From positions 1 to 29,859 of the forward strand of contig JBBSSY010000001.1 of the NCBI GenBank assembly GCA_038241595.1: a stretch of DNA of 29,859 nt. The letters are read 5' to 3'. A program made the position numbers and the translations under genes. The DNA comes from Chitinophagales bacterium (GTDB lineage: Bacteria > Bacteroidota > Bacteroidia > Chitinophagales > Chitinophagaceae). Positions 9,149 through 18,498 of the stretch are shown piece by piece; position 1 is the first letter of the stretch, and each line of letters starts with the position of its first letter. Below the pieces are notes generated by a model. That model ran no database searches, was not told the DNA's origin, and saw only the letters and a program-made list of their open reading frames with translations.

Positions 9149-10657
9149 ATGATGAGAATAACATTATTTGGGATTTGCCTGCTGTCGGTACTCCAGGTTG
9201 CCGCGCAAAAATTGTCCTACAAAAATTTCGCAATCATTCAGGAGGGAGACACGCAACAGGACATTATTCGCAAGGCGGCCAATGTGGTGCCATCACCACG
9301 CCAATTGCGCTGGCAGCAACTGCAACTCACCGTATTTTTTCATTATGGGATCAACACCTTTACCGGCAGGGAATGGGGCGATGGAAAAGAAGACCCGACC
9401 CTTTTCAATCCTACGCTACTGGATGCACGGCAATGGGTGCGCACCGCCAAAGAAGCAGGATTTAAACAGGTTATCCTCACCGCCAAACACCACGACGGCT
9501 TCTGTTTGTGGCCAACCGCCACAACCAGTCATTCGGTAAAAAGCAGCCCGTGGCAAAATGGCACCGGCGATTTGGTGAAAGACGTTCGAAATGCCTGTGA
9601 CGAATATAAAATCGGATTCGGCATTTACCTTTCGCCCTGGGATCGTAATGCGGCCGTGTATGGTACCGATGCTTACAACGACTTTTTTATGAAGCAGCTT
9701 ACGGAGCTCCTGACCAACTATGGCCGTATAGATGAGGTGTGGTTTGACGGAGCAAACGGTGAAGGCCCCAATGGCAAAAAACAAGTGTATGACTTTGACC
9801 GTTGGTACGCTCATATTCGCAAACTGCAGCCATCGGCTACCATTGCTATCATGGGACCTGACGTGCGGTGGGTAGGTACTGAAACAGGTTATGGCCGCGA
9901 CACCGAATGGAGCGTGGTGCCAGCCGATAATCTCGACCAGTCTGTCGTGGCGGGAAGCTCGCAGCAAGGCATTGCCTTTAAACCGAAGGGCGACATGCGC
10001 GGCAGCGATCTTGGCAGCCGCGATAAAATTGCCAGTGCCAAAGCGTTGGTGTGGTATCCTGCAGAAACCGACGTGTCCATCCGGCCGGGTTGGTTTTATC
10101 ACAAGGAGGAAGATGACAAGGTGAAATCGCCTGAAAAGCTGCTCGACATCTATTACAGTTCCGTAGGTAAAAACAGCGTATTGCTGTTAAATATTCCGCC
10201 AGATAAAAGTGGCCTTGTAAATGAAAGTGATGTTCGCAGTCTGCAGCAATGGACCCGGTTGCGGGATGCGACCTTTTCCAAAAACCTGGCAAAAGGGGCA
10301 GCCATAAAATCACCCAACGGTAAAAACAACAAGGCGCTGACAGATAATAAATACCAAACCTATTGGACCACCACGCAAAACGATACTACCGCTATTTTGA
10401 ACTTTTCTTTCAACAGGCCAGTCAATTTCGATGTGCTGGAATTGCAGGAAAACATTGCCATTGGACAACGAATTGAACATTTTATCCTGGAGTACAAACA
10501 CAACAATGAATGGAAACCGTTGGCTGAAGGCACCACTGTGGGTTATAAAAGATTGTTACGCTTTGATCCGGTAACAGCAGATACAGTGAGGCTGCGCATC
10601 TTATCGTCAAGATTAAATCCAACGTTGAGCGAATTTGGATTGTACAAACAGCCATAA
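9149..10657 (+). CDS. GH29 alpha-L-fucosidase (GH29B alpha-1,3/4-type appearance) with C-terminal F5/8-like domain
   Basis: FFHYGINTFTGREWGDG, LTAKHHDGFCLWPT, YLSPWDRN, EVWFDGANGEG, RWVGTETG, DVSIRPGWFY. Confidence 0.95.
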   Translation: MMRITLFGICLLSVLQVAAQKLSYKNFAIIQEGDTQQDIIRKAANVVPSPRQLRWQQLQLTVFFHYGINTFTGREWGDGKEDPTLFNPTLLDARQWVRTAKEAGFKQVILTAKHHDGFCLWPTATTSHSVKSSPWQNGTGDLVKDVRNACDEYKIGFGIYLSPWDRNAAVYGTDAYNDFFMKQLTELLTNYGRIDEVWFDGANGEGPNGKKQVYDFDRWYAHIRKLQPSATIAIMGPDVRWVGTETGYGRDTEWSVVPADNLDQSVVAGSSQQGIAFKPKGDMRGSDLGSRDKIASAKALVWYPAETDVSIRPGWFYHKEEDDKVKSPEKLLDIYYSSVGKNSVLLLNIPPDKSGLVNESDVRSLQQWTRLRDATFSKNLAKGAAIKSPNGKNNKALTDNKYQTYWTTTQNDTTAILNFSFNRPVNFDVLELQENIAIGQRIEHFILEYKHNNEWKPLAEGTTVGYKRLLRFDPVTADTVRLRILSSRLNPTLSEFGLYKQP

Positions 10658-10819
10658 GGCAGAGGTTTCTTCTTGCAGTTTACACAGTTTAGTAAGTGAT
10701 CAAAGAAATGAAATGGACTTCGGAGGCCGATGACAACGCGAAAGACTTGATGGATAAAAAAGCCAGTTCAGAGGCATTAAGTTCAAATGACAATTAACGC
10801 GAACACACATCAGATTGGT

Positions 10820-10927
10820 ATGAATCAAAATGACTACCTGATCCTTTTTCTTTTGTCTCTGATATGCTGTAAAAGGATTTCGGCACAAACGACTACCAAT
10901 CAGATCGATTCTCTGCCTTTCAAGTGA
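10820..10927 (+). pseudogene. Signal-peptide-only mini-ORF, possible relic of a deleted exported-enzyme gene
   Basis: MNQNDYLILFLLSLICCKRISAQTTTNQIDSLPFK*: hydrophobic core and an SA-Q cleavage site like the neighbouring enzymes, then a stop 12 codons later. Confidence 0.35.
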
Positions 10928-11029
10928 ATATAGCCAACGATTTATAATTGATTGGTATCATCGGCTTAAAAAATGATAAAGCAATCAACATACGGTAAAT
11001 AATATATTACCGGCAAAAGCTTTTTATCA

Positions 11030-12940
11030 ATGAAAAAATTCATTTTTATCGTTCTGTTTTTTGTTGCGCTTTGTACACATGCCGCTGATACGCTGCACGT
11101 GGTCACCCATAAAAAGGAAACCATTGTTACCGATCCGGTGCATGGTTTTAATGAATATAAAAGATGGGGCGTGTTTCCGTCACGTGCAACGCCGGTACGA
11201 AAAATTATGCTGAAGGTGCAATTTGCCTGTCCTGAAAACATGCGCTGTGCCGATTGGGATTACAATGACCATATCACCATCAGAAGGAGAGGCGGCTTGC
11301 ATGGCGCATCCCAGGATTATGAGATTGGCCGCATGCTTACGCCCTATGGTGGAGCGTTTGCGAAAGACTGGACGTTTAACTGGGAAGTAGATGTGACCGA
11401 CTTCAGTATGCTGCTGCGCGATAGCATCGAAATTGGCTATAATCATACCGGTTATGAACCCAACAACGATCGTGGATGGGCCGTAACCCTCGATTTTGAA
11501 ATCATCCAGGGAACACCCGCATGGGAGCCCATCAGCATACAAAAAATTTATGAAAACAGTTATCGCTATGGCGACAGCAGCAAGCCGATTGAAGATGAAT
11601 TGACGCCTGTAACCTTTACAGCGGCACAGGGCGCAGACTTTGCCCGGTTGCGAATTTTGCAAACAGGCCATGGCATGGACCGCCCCGATGGATGCGGCGA
11701 ATTTTGCAATAAGTACCGGCAGGTAATTTATGATGGAAAGCTGATCGATACCCGGTCGATTTGGAAAGTGTGCGGCGATAACCCGTTGTATCCGCAGGCC
11801 GGCACCTGGATATATGACCGCGCCAACTGGTGCCCCGGCAATTTAATGCAGCCCGATATTTTCAACCTGCCGGTTGCCAGGGGTGGCGAACATACGATCG
11901 ATGTAAACATGCAACCCTACGTGTCGATAAAGCCATCGGCGGATGAAGTAATAGCTGCCTATTTAATTCAGTACAAAAAAGCGGCAGAAAAAAATGATGT
12001 GGCGCTGCTGGATATAATTAGCCCAACCATAAAAGATGCCTTCCGCAGGTACAATCCATCGGTTAAACAGCCGACCATTATCGTGAAAAATGTTGGTGCT
12101 GCCAATATAAAAAGCATGCACGTTAATTACGGATTAGCGGGATCAAACAAAAAAAATTACCAGTGGACGGGCAACCTGGCGCCATTTGCCTCGGACACTG
12201 TTATACTTCCGGGCACTATCGAAACCAGGAAACGTCGTGACCAGTTTGAAGTGGCGTTGTTGAAGCCGAATGGAAAAAAAGACGGCTATGATGCCGACAA
12301 CAAAATGACAAGCTGGTTCGACGCCGTGTCCCGGCAAGACTCTACACTCATTGTGTACCTGAAAACAAACAACCAGCCTTCGCAGACTGCCTATGTGTTA
12401 AAGGATGCCAATGGAAACGTGGTGCAGCAACGATCGCTTGGTTCGTTGGCAGCAAACACGGTATACCGCGATACGGTGAACCTTGCTGAAGGCGGTTATC
12501 GTTTTACATTAATGGACAGCGCCGACAATGGACTTGAATTTTGGGCCAATGCCAGGGGCGGCAGCGGAAGGGCAAGATTGCTTAATAAAAAGGGCGAGAT
12601 CATCCAGTATTTTGAATCAGACTTTGGAAAATTTATTCAATATGATTTCATGGTAGGCAGGCCTGTAACACCGGTTGCGGCTGTCAATTCGTTTGGGCTT
12701 TATCCAACAAGAACGAAAGATAATACAACCCTTGATTACTATGGCAATGTCCCTGCTGAAGTAAAGGTGCAAATCCTGACAGATCCGGGAGAAAAGATAG
12801 TGGAGGAACATACGTACAGCGACCTTACTGAAGGTGTGTTTACGTACGACCTCAGTCGTTTTCCCAAAAGCCGGTTCTACTTGAAAGTGCTTATAAATGG
12901 CGAAGAAAAATTCAAAAAACGAGTTCGGTTAAAAGAATAG
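11030..12940 (+). CDS. Peptide-N-glycosidase F (PNGase F)-family protein with Ig/CARDB-like domains and a T9SS-like C-terminal domain
   Basis: Motifs CPENMRCADWDY, EIGRMLTPY, DVTDFSMLL, TGHG, GCGEFC and DRANWCPG match the PNGase F motif order (CDEWDR, EIARFITPY, DVTDF, GWGH, GCAEWC, DRAGWCPG). Has a Sec signal peptide. Confidence 0.88.
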   Translation: MKKFIFIVLFFVALCTHAADTLHVVTHKKETIVTDPVHGFNEYKRWGVFPSRATPVRKIMLKVQFACPENMRCADWDYNDHITIRRRGGLHGASQDYEIGRMLTPYGGAFAKDWTFNWEVDVTDFSMLLRDSIEIGYNHTGYEPNNDRGWAVTLDFEIIQGTPAWEPISIQKIYENSYRYGDSSKPIEDELTPVTFTAAQGADFARLRILQTGHGMDRPDGCGEFCNKYRQVIYDGKLIDTRSIWKVCGDNPLYPQAGTWIYDRANWCPGNLMQPDIFNLPVARGGEHTIDVNMQPYVSIKPSADEVIAAYLIQYKKAAEKNDVALLDIISPTIKDAFRRYNPSVKQPTIIVKNVGAANIKSMHVNYGLAGSNKKNYQWTGNLAPFASDTVILPGTIETRKRRDQFEVALLKPNGKKDGYDADNKMTSWFDAVSRQDSTLIVYLKTNNQPSQTAYVLKDANGNVVQQRSLGSLAANTVYRDTVNLAEGGYRFTLMDSADNGLEFWANARGGSGRARLLNKKGEIIQYFESDFGKFIQYDFMVGRPVTPVAAVNSFGLYPTRTKDNTTLDYYGNVPAEVKVQILTDPGEKIVEEHTYSDLTEGVFTYDLSRFPKSRFYLKVLINGEEKFKKRVRLKE

Positions 12941-13067
12941 TTTCGTCATTTGTGCATAACAGATAGCACTGTTTAATCCAGACAGCCCGGGATACTTCTG
13001 GGTCATTCGCTGTGGCAATGCAACGTTTGGATTGAGTGATGATTAGTTTCCTATTAAAAGTTATAAT

Positions 13068-15095
13068 ATGAAGTATTTACTGGGTTTTCTCGTTTGCATG
13101 AGTATGGCATCTTTCGCCTTTGGCCAACGTGATACCATTGCCTTAAATGTGGATTGGCGGTTTGTTATCGACAAGACAGGGGAGGGGATGGGCCAGCAAT
13201 GGTTTAGCAAAGAACTGGCCGGTTCAAAGGAGGTGCAATTGCCGCATACCTGGAACATCGAACCCAATAATCAAAATCATTATGGTTGGGGATGGTACCA
13301 GAAGAAAATAGCCGTACCTGCCCAATGGAAGAGCAAGAACGTCGTGCTGCAGTTTGGCGCCGTAAACCACACCTCGTATGTTTATGTGAACGGCGTACAG
13401 GTGACCGAAAATATCGGCGACGGGTTCAATAAATTCTTTGTGAACCTTACCGGGCTATTGGCATATGGCAAAGACAACATTATTACCGTGGCGGTTAACA
13501 ACGACTATGGCAGGAACAAGGTGCCTTTTGGTTCGTCGTTCGACTGGCCAAATGATGGTGGAATCATTCGACCTGTTGCGATGATAGTGAGCAACAAGCC
13601 TGCAGCCAATTACGTGCACATAACCCCCCGGTTAAACCTGGTAAACAACGAAGGTGAACTGCAGGTTACACTGGGCTTCGATAAACAGGGGAAAAAGTCA
13701 TTAAAACTGGCTGTGACCATTACGGAAGAAAACCAGCCAACCCATCATGTGGTTCTTACAAAAACATCAACACCTGTTTGGCAAGATGCCGAAGCAACGG
13801 TAAATTTTGTTTTGCCAACAGTTAATCCGTGGCATTTCGATTTCCCCAATTTGTACCGGGTGGATGTAGTGGTTATTGATGGAAACAAGGCGGTTGACAG
13901 GCTTAGTGCCAACATAGGCTTCAGGCAAATAAAATTCATAAATGGACAAACGTTTTTGAACGGGGAAAGGGTTAAACTGATGGGTGTGGAGTGGACGGCT
14001 GGATCGAACCCTGATTATGGCTTTGCCGAAACTGATTCTATCATCATTAGCCAGGGAAAACTGATGAAAGACGTAAATGCCATCTTTACCCGTCAGCATT
14101 TTCAGCAGTCGGATGTGTTCTACGATTTCTGCGACCGCAATGGAATTATTGTTCAGCAGGAAGTGCCATTGTGGGGCCCTGAAACGCCCGCGAATGATAC
14201 CATTCAACGCATAGCGATGTCGCAACTACAGCGGATGATCGGCAATAACTACAACTACACCAGCATTTTTGCATGGGGTGTGGGCAATGAGTTGAGGGGC
14301 AGATCGGCAGATATTAAAAAGATGATCACCGCGCTGATAGCACGGGCAAGATCGTTGGATAGCTCCAGGATGGTTGCCTATGTAAGCAACACACTTACCC
14401 AGAACTTTTATAATGATCCACACTTTTCACCCGACGCGGCCAATGATGGCGACTTTATTATGATGAATGAATATGGCGGAAGCTGGTGGGCCATCCCCAC
14501 AGGAAAGATCCACAATTACCTGGACAGTGTGCACATGAGCTATCCTGATAAGCCATTCTTTATTTCCGAGTTTGGCTTGTGTGCCCCAAATTTTAGAGGT
14601 GGCGACGAAAGAAGATTGCAGGACCTCATCTATCACATGGCGATTTATGAAACCAAGCCCTATGTAGAAGGGGCTATTTACTTCGATCTGACCGACTACC
14701 GCACCCACTACCCCGGCACGTTAGAAAACGACAAGTTCAGAAGGCGTATCCATGGCGTGTACGATATGTATGGCAAGCCAAAACCATCTATGAAGGTGTT
14801 GCGCGAAATGTCGTCGCCTGTTGAAGTGCAGCAAATGATACGAAAGGGTAAAGACAAGTCAGGCGTTCTGATATTTGGTAATATCGGCTTACCACAGCAT
14901 GCGGTCAGCGGTTATAAATTATACCTGTCAGATAAATTGGACAATTATTTAGACTCAAAAGCCTATAACATTCCTGTGTTGCAACCGGGCCAACGCGTAA
15001 CGATTGATGTTGATGATCCGTTTGATGCAAAAGGAATTTTAACTGTTGTTCGTCCAAACGGTTATGTTGTTTCACAAAAATCATTTGCAGAGTAA
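13068..15095 (+). CDS. GH2 glycoside hydrolase, specificity unclear
   Basis: Sugar-binding domain (LPHTWN, WYQKKI, FGAVNHTSYVYVNG, GGIIRPV), W..DFPNLY, IGFRQI; putative acid/base WGVGNE (E408) and nucleophile ISEFG (E501). Confidence 0.92.
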   Translation: MKYLLGFLVCMSMASFAFGQRDTIALNVDWRFVIDKTGEGMGQQWFSKELAGSKEVQLPHTWNIEPNNQNHYGWGWYQKKIAVPAQWKSKNVVLQFGAVNHTSYVYVNGVQVTENIGDGFNKFFVNLTGLLAYGKDNIITVAVNNDYGRNKVPFGSSFDWPNDGGIIRPVAMIVSNKPAANYVHITPRLNLVNNEGELQVTLGFDKQGKKSLKLAVTITEENQPTHHVVLTKTSTPVWQDAEATVNFVLPTVNPWHFDFPNLYRVDVVVIDGNKAVDRLSANIGFRQIKFINGQTFLNGERVKLMGVEWTAGSNPDYGFAETDSIIISQGKLMKDVNAIFTRQHFQQSDVFYDFCDRNGIIVQQEVPLWGPETPANDTIQRIAMSQLQRMIGNNYNYTSIFAWGVGNELRGRSADIKKMITALIARARSLDSSRMVAYVSNTLTQNFYNDPHFSPDAANDGDFIMMNEYGGSWWAIPTGKIHNYLDSVHMSYPDKPFFISEFGLCAPNFRGGDERRLQDLIYHMAIYETKPYVEGAIYFDLTDYRTHYPGTLENDKFRRRIHGVYDMYGKPKPSMKVLREMSSPVEVQQMIRKGKDKSGVLIFGNIGLPQHAVSGYKLYLSDKLDNYLDSKAYNIPVLQPGQRVTIDVDDPFDAKGILTVVRPNGYVVSQKSFAE

Positions 15096-15115
15096 TCAGT
15101 TCAAAATCAAATACC

Positions 15116-17413
15116 ATGAAAAAAATTACCATGATACTGCTTGTATCGGTTGTCTCCGCTGCAGTGTTTGCCCAGGCAACTAACTCAATCATTCCCCGCC
15201 CGGTTTCCATTCAAATGGGAGCGGGCAGTTTTGTTGTCGATAACAATACGGGAATCCAATTCAATTCTGCACAAAAATTATTGAAGAACGCGGCTGATTT
15301 TATGGCCGCACATATCAAACAAATAAGTGGCTACAGCCTTCCCATAAATGGCAGCAAAGCCAAAACGATCGCCTTAAAAATTGGTAAGGTCGCTGCTATT
15401 GGCGATGAAGGGTATGAGTTGAATGTGTCACCAAAGCACATAATTATTTCGGCAAATACCACGGCGGGAATCATTTACGGCATGCAGTCGTTGTTCCAAA
15501 CACTTCCGCAGGTCCGTACCAACGAATCGCTGCAAATTCCGGCCATGCAGGTAACCGATTATCCCCGTTTTCCATGGAGAGGAATGCACCTGGATGTGAG
15601 CCGTCATTTTTTTCCCCCGTGGATGATCAGGGAATATATTGACCTGATGGCTTCCTATAAATTAAATACTTTTCATTGGCATTTGGTTGACGACCAGGGA
15701 TGGCGGATAGAAATAAAAAAGTATCCGCTGCTTACAAAAGTGGGTGCCTGGCGGGTAGATAAGCTCGACCAGGTTTGGAGTCAGCGCCCGCAGGCCATCG
15801 AAGGGGAACAAGCCAATTATGGTGGCTATTACACGCAGGAGCAAATTAGGGACATCATTCAATATGCCGCCCAACGAAACATAAACATAATTCCAGAAAT
15901 CGAGATGCCGGGACACGTCGCCTCGGCCATAGCGGCTTATCCATTTTTAAGCTGCACGCAAAAACCGCAACTTCCGTTAACCGGCGGCAACTACACCAAT
16001 ATGTCGTCAAACTATTGTGCCGGCAACGATTCTGTTTTTACTTTTCTTCAAAATGTCTTAACAGAAGTAATAGATCTCTTTCCTTCAAAATTAATACATA
16101 TTGGCGGCGATGAGGTAGACAAAGGCCCCTGGAAAGTTTGCCCTAAATGCCAGGCACGTATAAAAGCCGAAGGGCTGCACAACGAAGATGAATTACAGAG
16201 CTATTTTATCAAGCGCATTGAAAATTTTGTTGAAAGCAAGAAAAGGAAAATTGTAGGCTGGGATGAAATACTGGAAGGTGGATTGGCTCCTTCGGCAACG
16301 GTAATGAGCTGGCGCGGTGAAGCTGGCGGGATAGAAGCTGCCAAAATGCACCATGATGTGGTGATGACCCCCGGTACTCCCTTGTATTTTGACCATTACC
16401 AGGCCGGCCCTGAAGGTGAACCGTTGGCAATCGGTGGCATGAACACCTTAAAAAGTGTGTATGAATATAATCCCATACCGAAGGAATTAACTGAGGGCGA
16501 GGCGAAGTATGTGTTGGGTGCCCAAGCCAATGTATGGACGGAATACATCCTTACTCCGGCAGGCCTGGAATATATGGTTTTACCCCGTATGCTTGCGTTG
16601 GCCGAAGTGGTTTGGAGTCCGCCTGCTGTCAAAGATTTTAATGACTTCAACAAGCGCCTGCAGTATCACTTCAAAGGCTTCGATCAAAAAGCACTGAACT
16701 ACAGCAAGGGCAATTTCACCGTGGCCATTAAACCGGTGTCCGCCAATGGTAAATTGCAGGTGGCACTATCCACCGAAGCGCTGAATGGCGAGATATTCTT
16801 CACGACCGATGGCCGTACCCCCACCATCGAAAGTACCCAATACACACAGCCGTTCACCATCGATTCGTCGGTGGTAATAAAGGCGGTCACTGCGGTAAAA
16901 GGATCGGTGCTTGGCCTGGTGCCGGCACAGCAAAGTTTCGTGGTTCACAAAGCGCTGGGCAAAAATGTAACCTATCAAAATCCGGCAAGCCGTTACTATC
17001 TTGCCGATGGTCCCAATTCGCTTACGGATGGCGTCAGGGGAACCAAAGCGGTTGGCAAATACTGGCACGGCTTTTCTGCAAAAGATATGATTGCCACCAT
17101 TGATTTGGGCGAAGAAAAAAGTGTCCAGTCAATTGGCCTCGGTTGCCTGCAAAATTATAGCGACTGGATATTTTTGCCTGCATCCGTAAAATTTGAAAGT
17201 TCAAATGATGGTAAAAATTTTACCGAATTGAGTACGGTTGACAACCCGGTGCCGGTCAACGAAAAATCTGCGTTGCATGATTTCGTAAGTGAATTTCCGG
17301 CTAAAAATGTGAGATACATTCGTGTTACAGCAAAAAACGGACTGTGCCCGGCGGGCCATCCGGGTGCCGGTAAACCCGCCTGGATTTTTGCCGATGAAAT
17401 TGTGGTCAGATAA
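15116..17413 (+). CDS. GH20 beta-N-acetylhexosaminidase with GH20b, chitobiase/Fn3-like and F5/8-like domains
   Basis: DYPRFPWRGMHLDVSRHF, FHWHLVDDQGWR, PEIEMPGH, catalytic HIGGDE, GWDEI; FTTDGRTPT and LTDGVRG/IDLGE C-terminal modules. Confidence 0.96.
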   Translation: MKKITMILLVSVVSAAVFAQATNSIIPRPVSIQMGAGSFVVDNNTGIQFNSAQKLLKNAADFMAAHIKQISGYSLPINGSKAKTIALKIGKVAAIGDEGYELNVSPKHIIISANTTAGIIYGMQSLFQTLPQVRTNESLQIPAMQVTDYPRFPWRGMHLDVSRHFFPPWMIREYIDLMASYKLNTFHWHLVDDQGWRIEIKKYPLLTKVGAWRVDKLDQVWSQRPQAIEGEQANYGGYYTQEQIRDIIQYAAQRNINIIPEIEMPGHVASAIAAYPFLSCTQKPQLPLTGGNYTNMSSNYCAGNDSVFTFLQNVLTEVIDLFPSKLIHIGGDEVDKGPWKVCPKCQARIKAEGLHNEDELQSYFIKRIENFVESKKRKIVGWDEILEGGLAPSATVMSWRGEAGGIEAAKMHHDVVMTPGTPLYFDHYQAGPEGEPLAIGGMNTLKSVYEYNPIPKELTEGEAKYVLGAQANVWTEYILTPAGLEYMVLPRMLALAEVVWSPPAVKDFNDFNKRLQYHFKGFDQKALNYSKGNFTVAIKPVSANGKLQVALSTEALNGEIFFTTDGRTPTIESTQYTQPFTIDSSVVIKAVTAVKGSVLGLVPAQQSFVVHKALGKNVTYQNPASRYYLADGPNSLTDGVRGTKAVGKYWHGFSAKDMIATIDLGEEKSVQSIGLGCLQNYSDWIFLPASVKFESSNDGKNFTELSTVDNPVPVNEKSALHDFVSEFPAKNVRYIRVTAKNGLCPAGHPGAGKPAWIFADEIVVR

Positions 17414-17457
17414 CCGGATCGGTTCCGCGTTATAATAAGAATTAATAACCGCTTTTT

Positions 17458-18477
17458 CTAGATCGCTTTTTGATAAATGATGAAGGCAGGGGCTATTTCT
17501 TCGGTCATTGCAACATTTTCTTGTGCAGGTAACTTATTGTGCAGCAGGTTCATCATCATATTCATGGCCGTTTTTCCCTGGCGGAATGGATATTGCTCCA
17601 GCGAGGCCATAGGGGGAGAGGCGGTGTACCTGGTTATCGGCAGATTGCCAAAACAGACCAGTCCAATTTCATGATGGTGTTGATCATTTTGCAGGCAATT
17701 CGCTGCATCCATGTGTACATAATCGTTGAAGGAAATGATTACCTGCGGAAGATTTTTCTTTGCCAGCAATAGCTGTACGGCCCCAATATTTCCCTCTTTT
17801 GAGAGATCTGTTGTTTCAACCAACTGCATATTTACTTTCAATTTGTTCTTTGAAAAAGCGTCTATATAACCTTGCAGTCGTTCCTGGCTTGCCAATAGGG
17901 TATCGGGGCCGTTGATCATGGCAATTCGCCTGTAGCCTCTGCCTAGCAGCCAGTTTATCATCATAATTGTTCCTTTGTATACATTGCAATACACCTTGTT
18001 GGCGTTAAATTTAGGAACCCGGTCAAAATAAACAACCGGAATATTATGCTTGCTGAGCGAGGTAAGGTGATCATAATTTCTGGTATGCTTCGACAAAGAA
18101 ATAATTAATCCGTCTATTTGTTGTCTACGCATCGCCTCTACCGCTTTAAGTTCAGTGTCATAATCATCATGGCTTTGGCTAACCAATAGGGTATAGTCAT
18201 TTTCCGTTGCCGCATGCTCGATACCACTAAAAGAATCCGAGAAGAAATCATCTTTTATATTGGGTAAAATCACCCCAACAACGAAAGTTTTTTTGTTTTT
18301 AAAGCAGATTGCCTTCAGGCTGGGCTCATAGTTAAGTTCCAAAGCCAGTTTCTTTACCCTCATTTTGGTTCTTAAACCAATGCGCGGATGATCACTCAAG
18401 GCCCTGGAGACCGTAGATATGGCCACTTTCAGCCTTACGGCGATGTCCTTTATTGTGGCCGGCTGTGCGGTGTACAT
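17458..18477 (-). CDS. LacI family transcriptional regulator
   Basis: HTH TIKDIAVRLKVAISTVSRAL, A..LNYEP hinge, periplasmic-binding-protein-like effector domain (DGLII, VVYFDR, ERLQGY). Confidence 0.95.
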   Translation of the reverse strand: MYTAQPATIKDIAVRLKVAISTVSRALSDHPRIGLRTKMRVKKLALELNYEPSLKAICFKNKKTFVVGVILPNIKDDFFSDSFSGIEHAATENDYTLLVSQSHDDYDTELKAVEAMRRQQIDGLIISLSKHTRNYDHLTSLSKHNIPVVYFDRVPKFNANKVYCNVYKGTIMMINWLLGRGYRRIAMINGPDTLLASQERLQGYIDAFSKNKLKVNMQLVETTDLSKEGNIGAVQLLLAKKNLPQVIISFNDYVHMDAANCLQNDQHHHEIGLVCFGNLPITRYTASPPMASLEQYPFRQGKTAMNMMMNLLHNKLPAQENVAMTEEIAPAFIIYQKAI

Positions 18478-18498
18478 AAGAATAAGTATTTGATAGGC

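Noticed and set aside
10656-10919. 9-bp inverted repeat AAGGCAGAG / CTCTGCCTT as MITE or invertible-element ends
   Set aside because: No target-site duplication and no transposase or recombinase in the window; the left copy overlaps the GH29 stop codon, and 9 bp is weak evidence.
10993-11012. CGGTAA-N8-TTACCG upstream of the PNGase gene
   Set aside because: 6-bp arms with no second convincing copy; cannot be assigned to a regulator.
12975-13033. Nested short inverted repeats between PNGase and GH2
   Set aside because: The stems rely on several G-U pairs and a 3-nt loop, with no U-tract or known RNA motif.
13068-15095. Calling the GH2 a beta-glucuronidase because of the nearby GntR
   Set aside because: The N-x-K-G uronate-recognition motif is absent.
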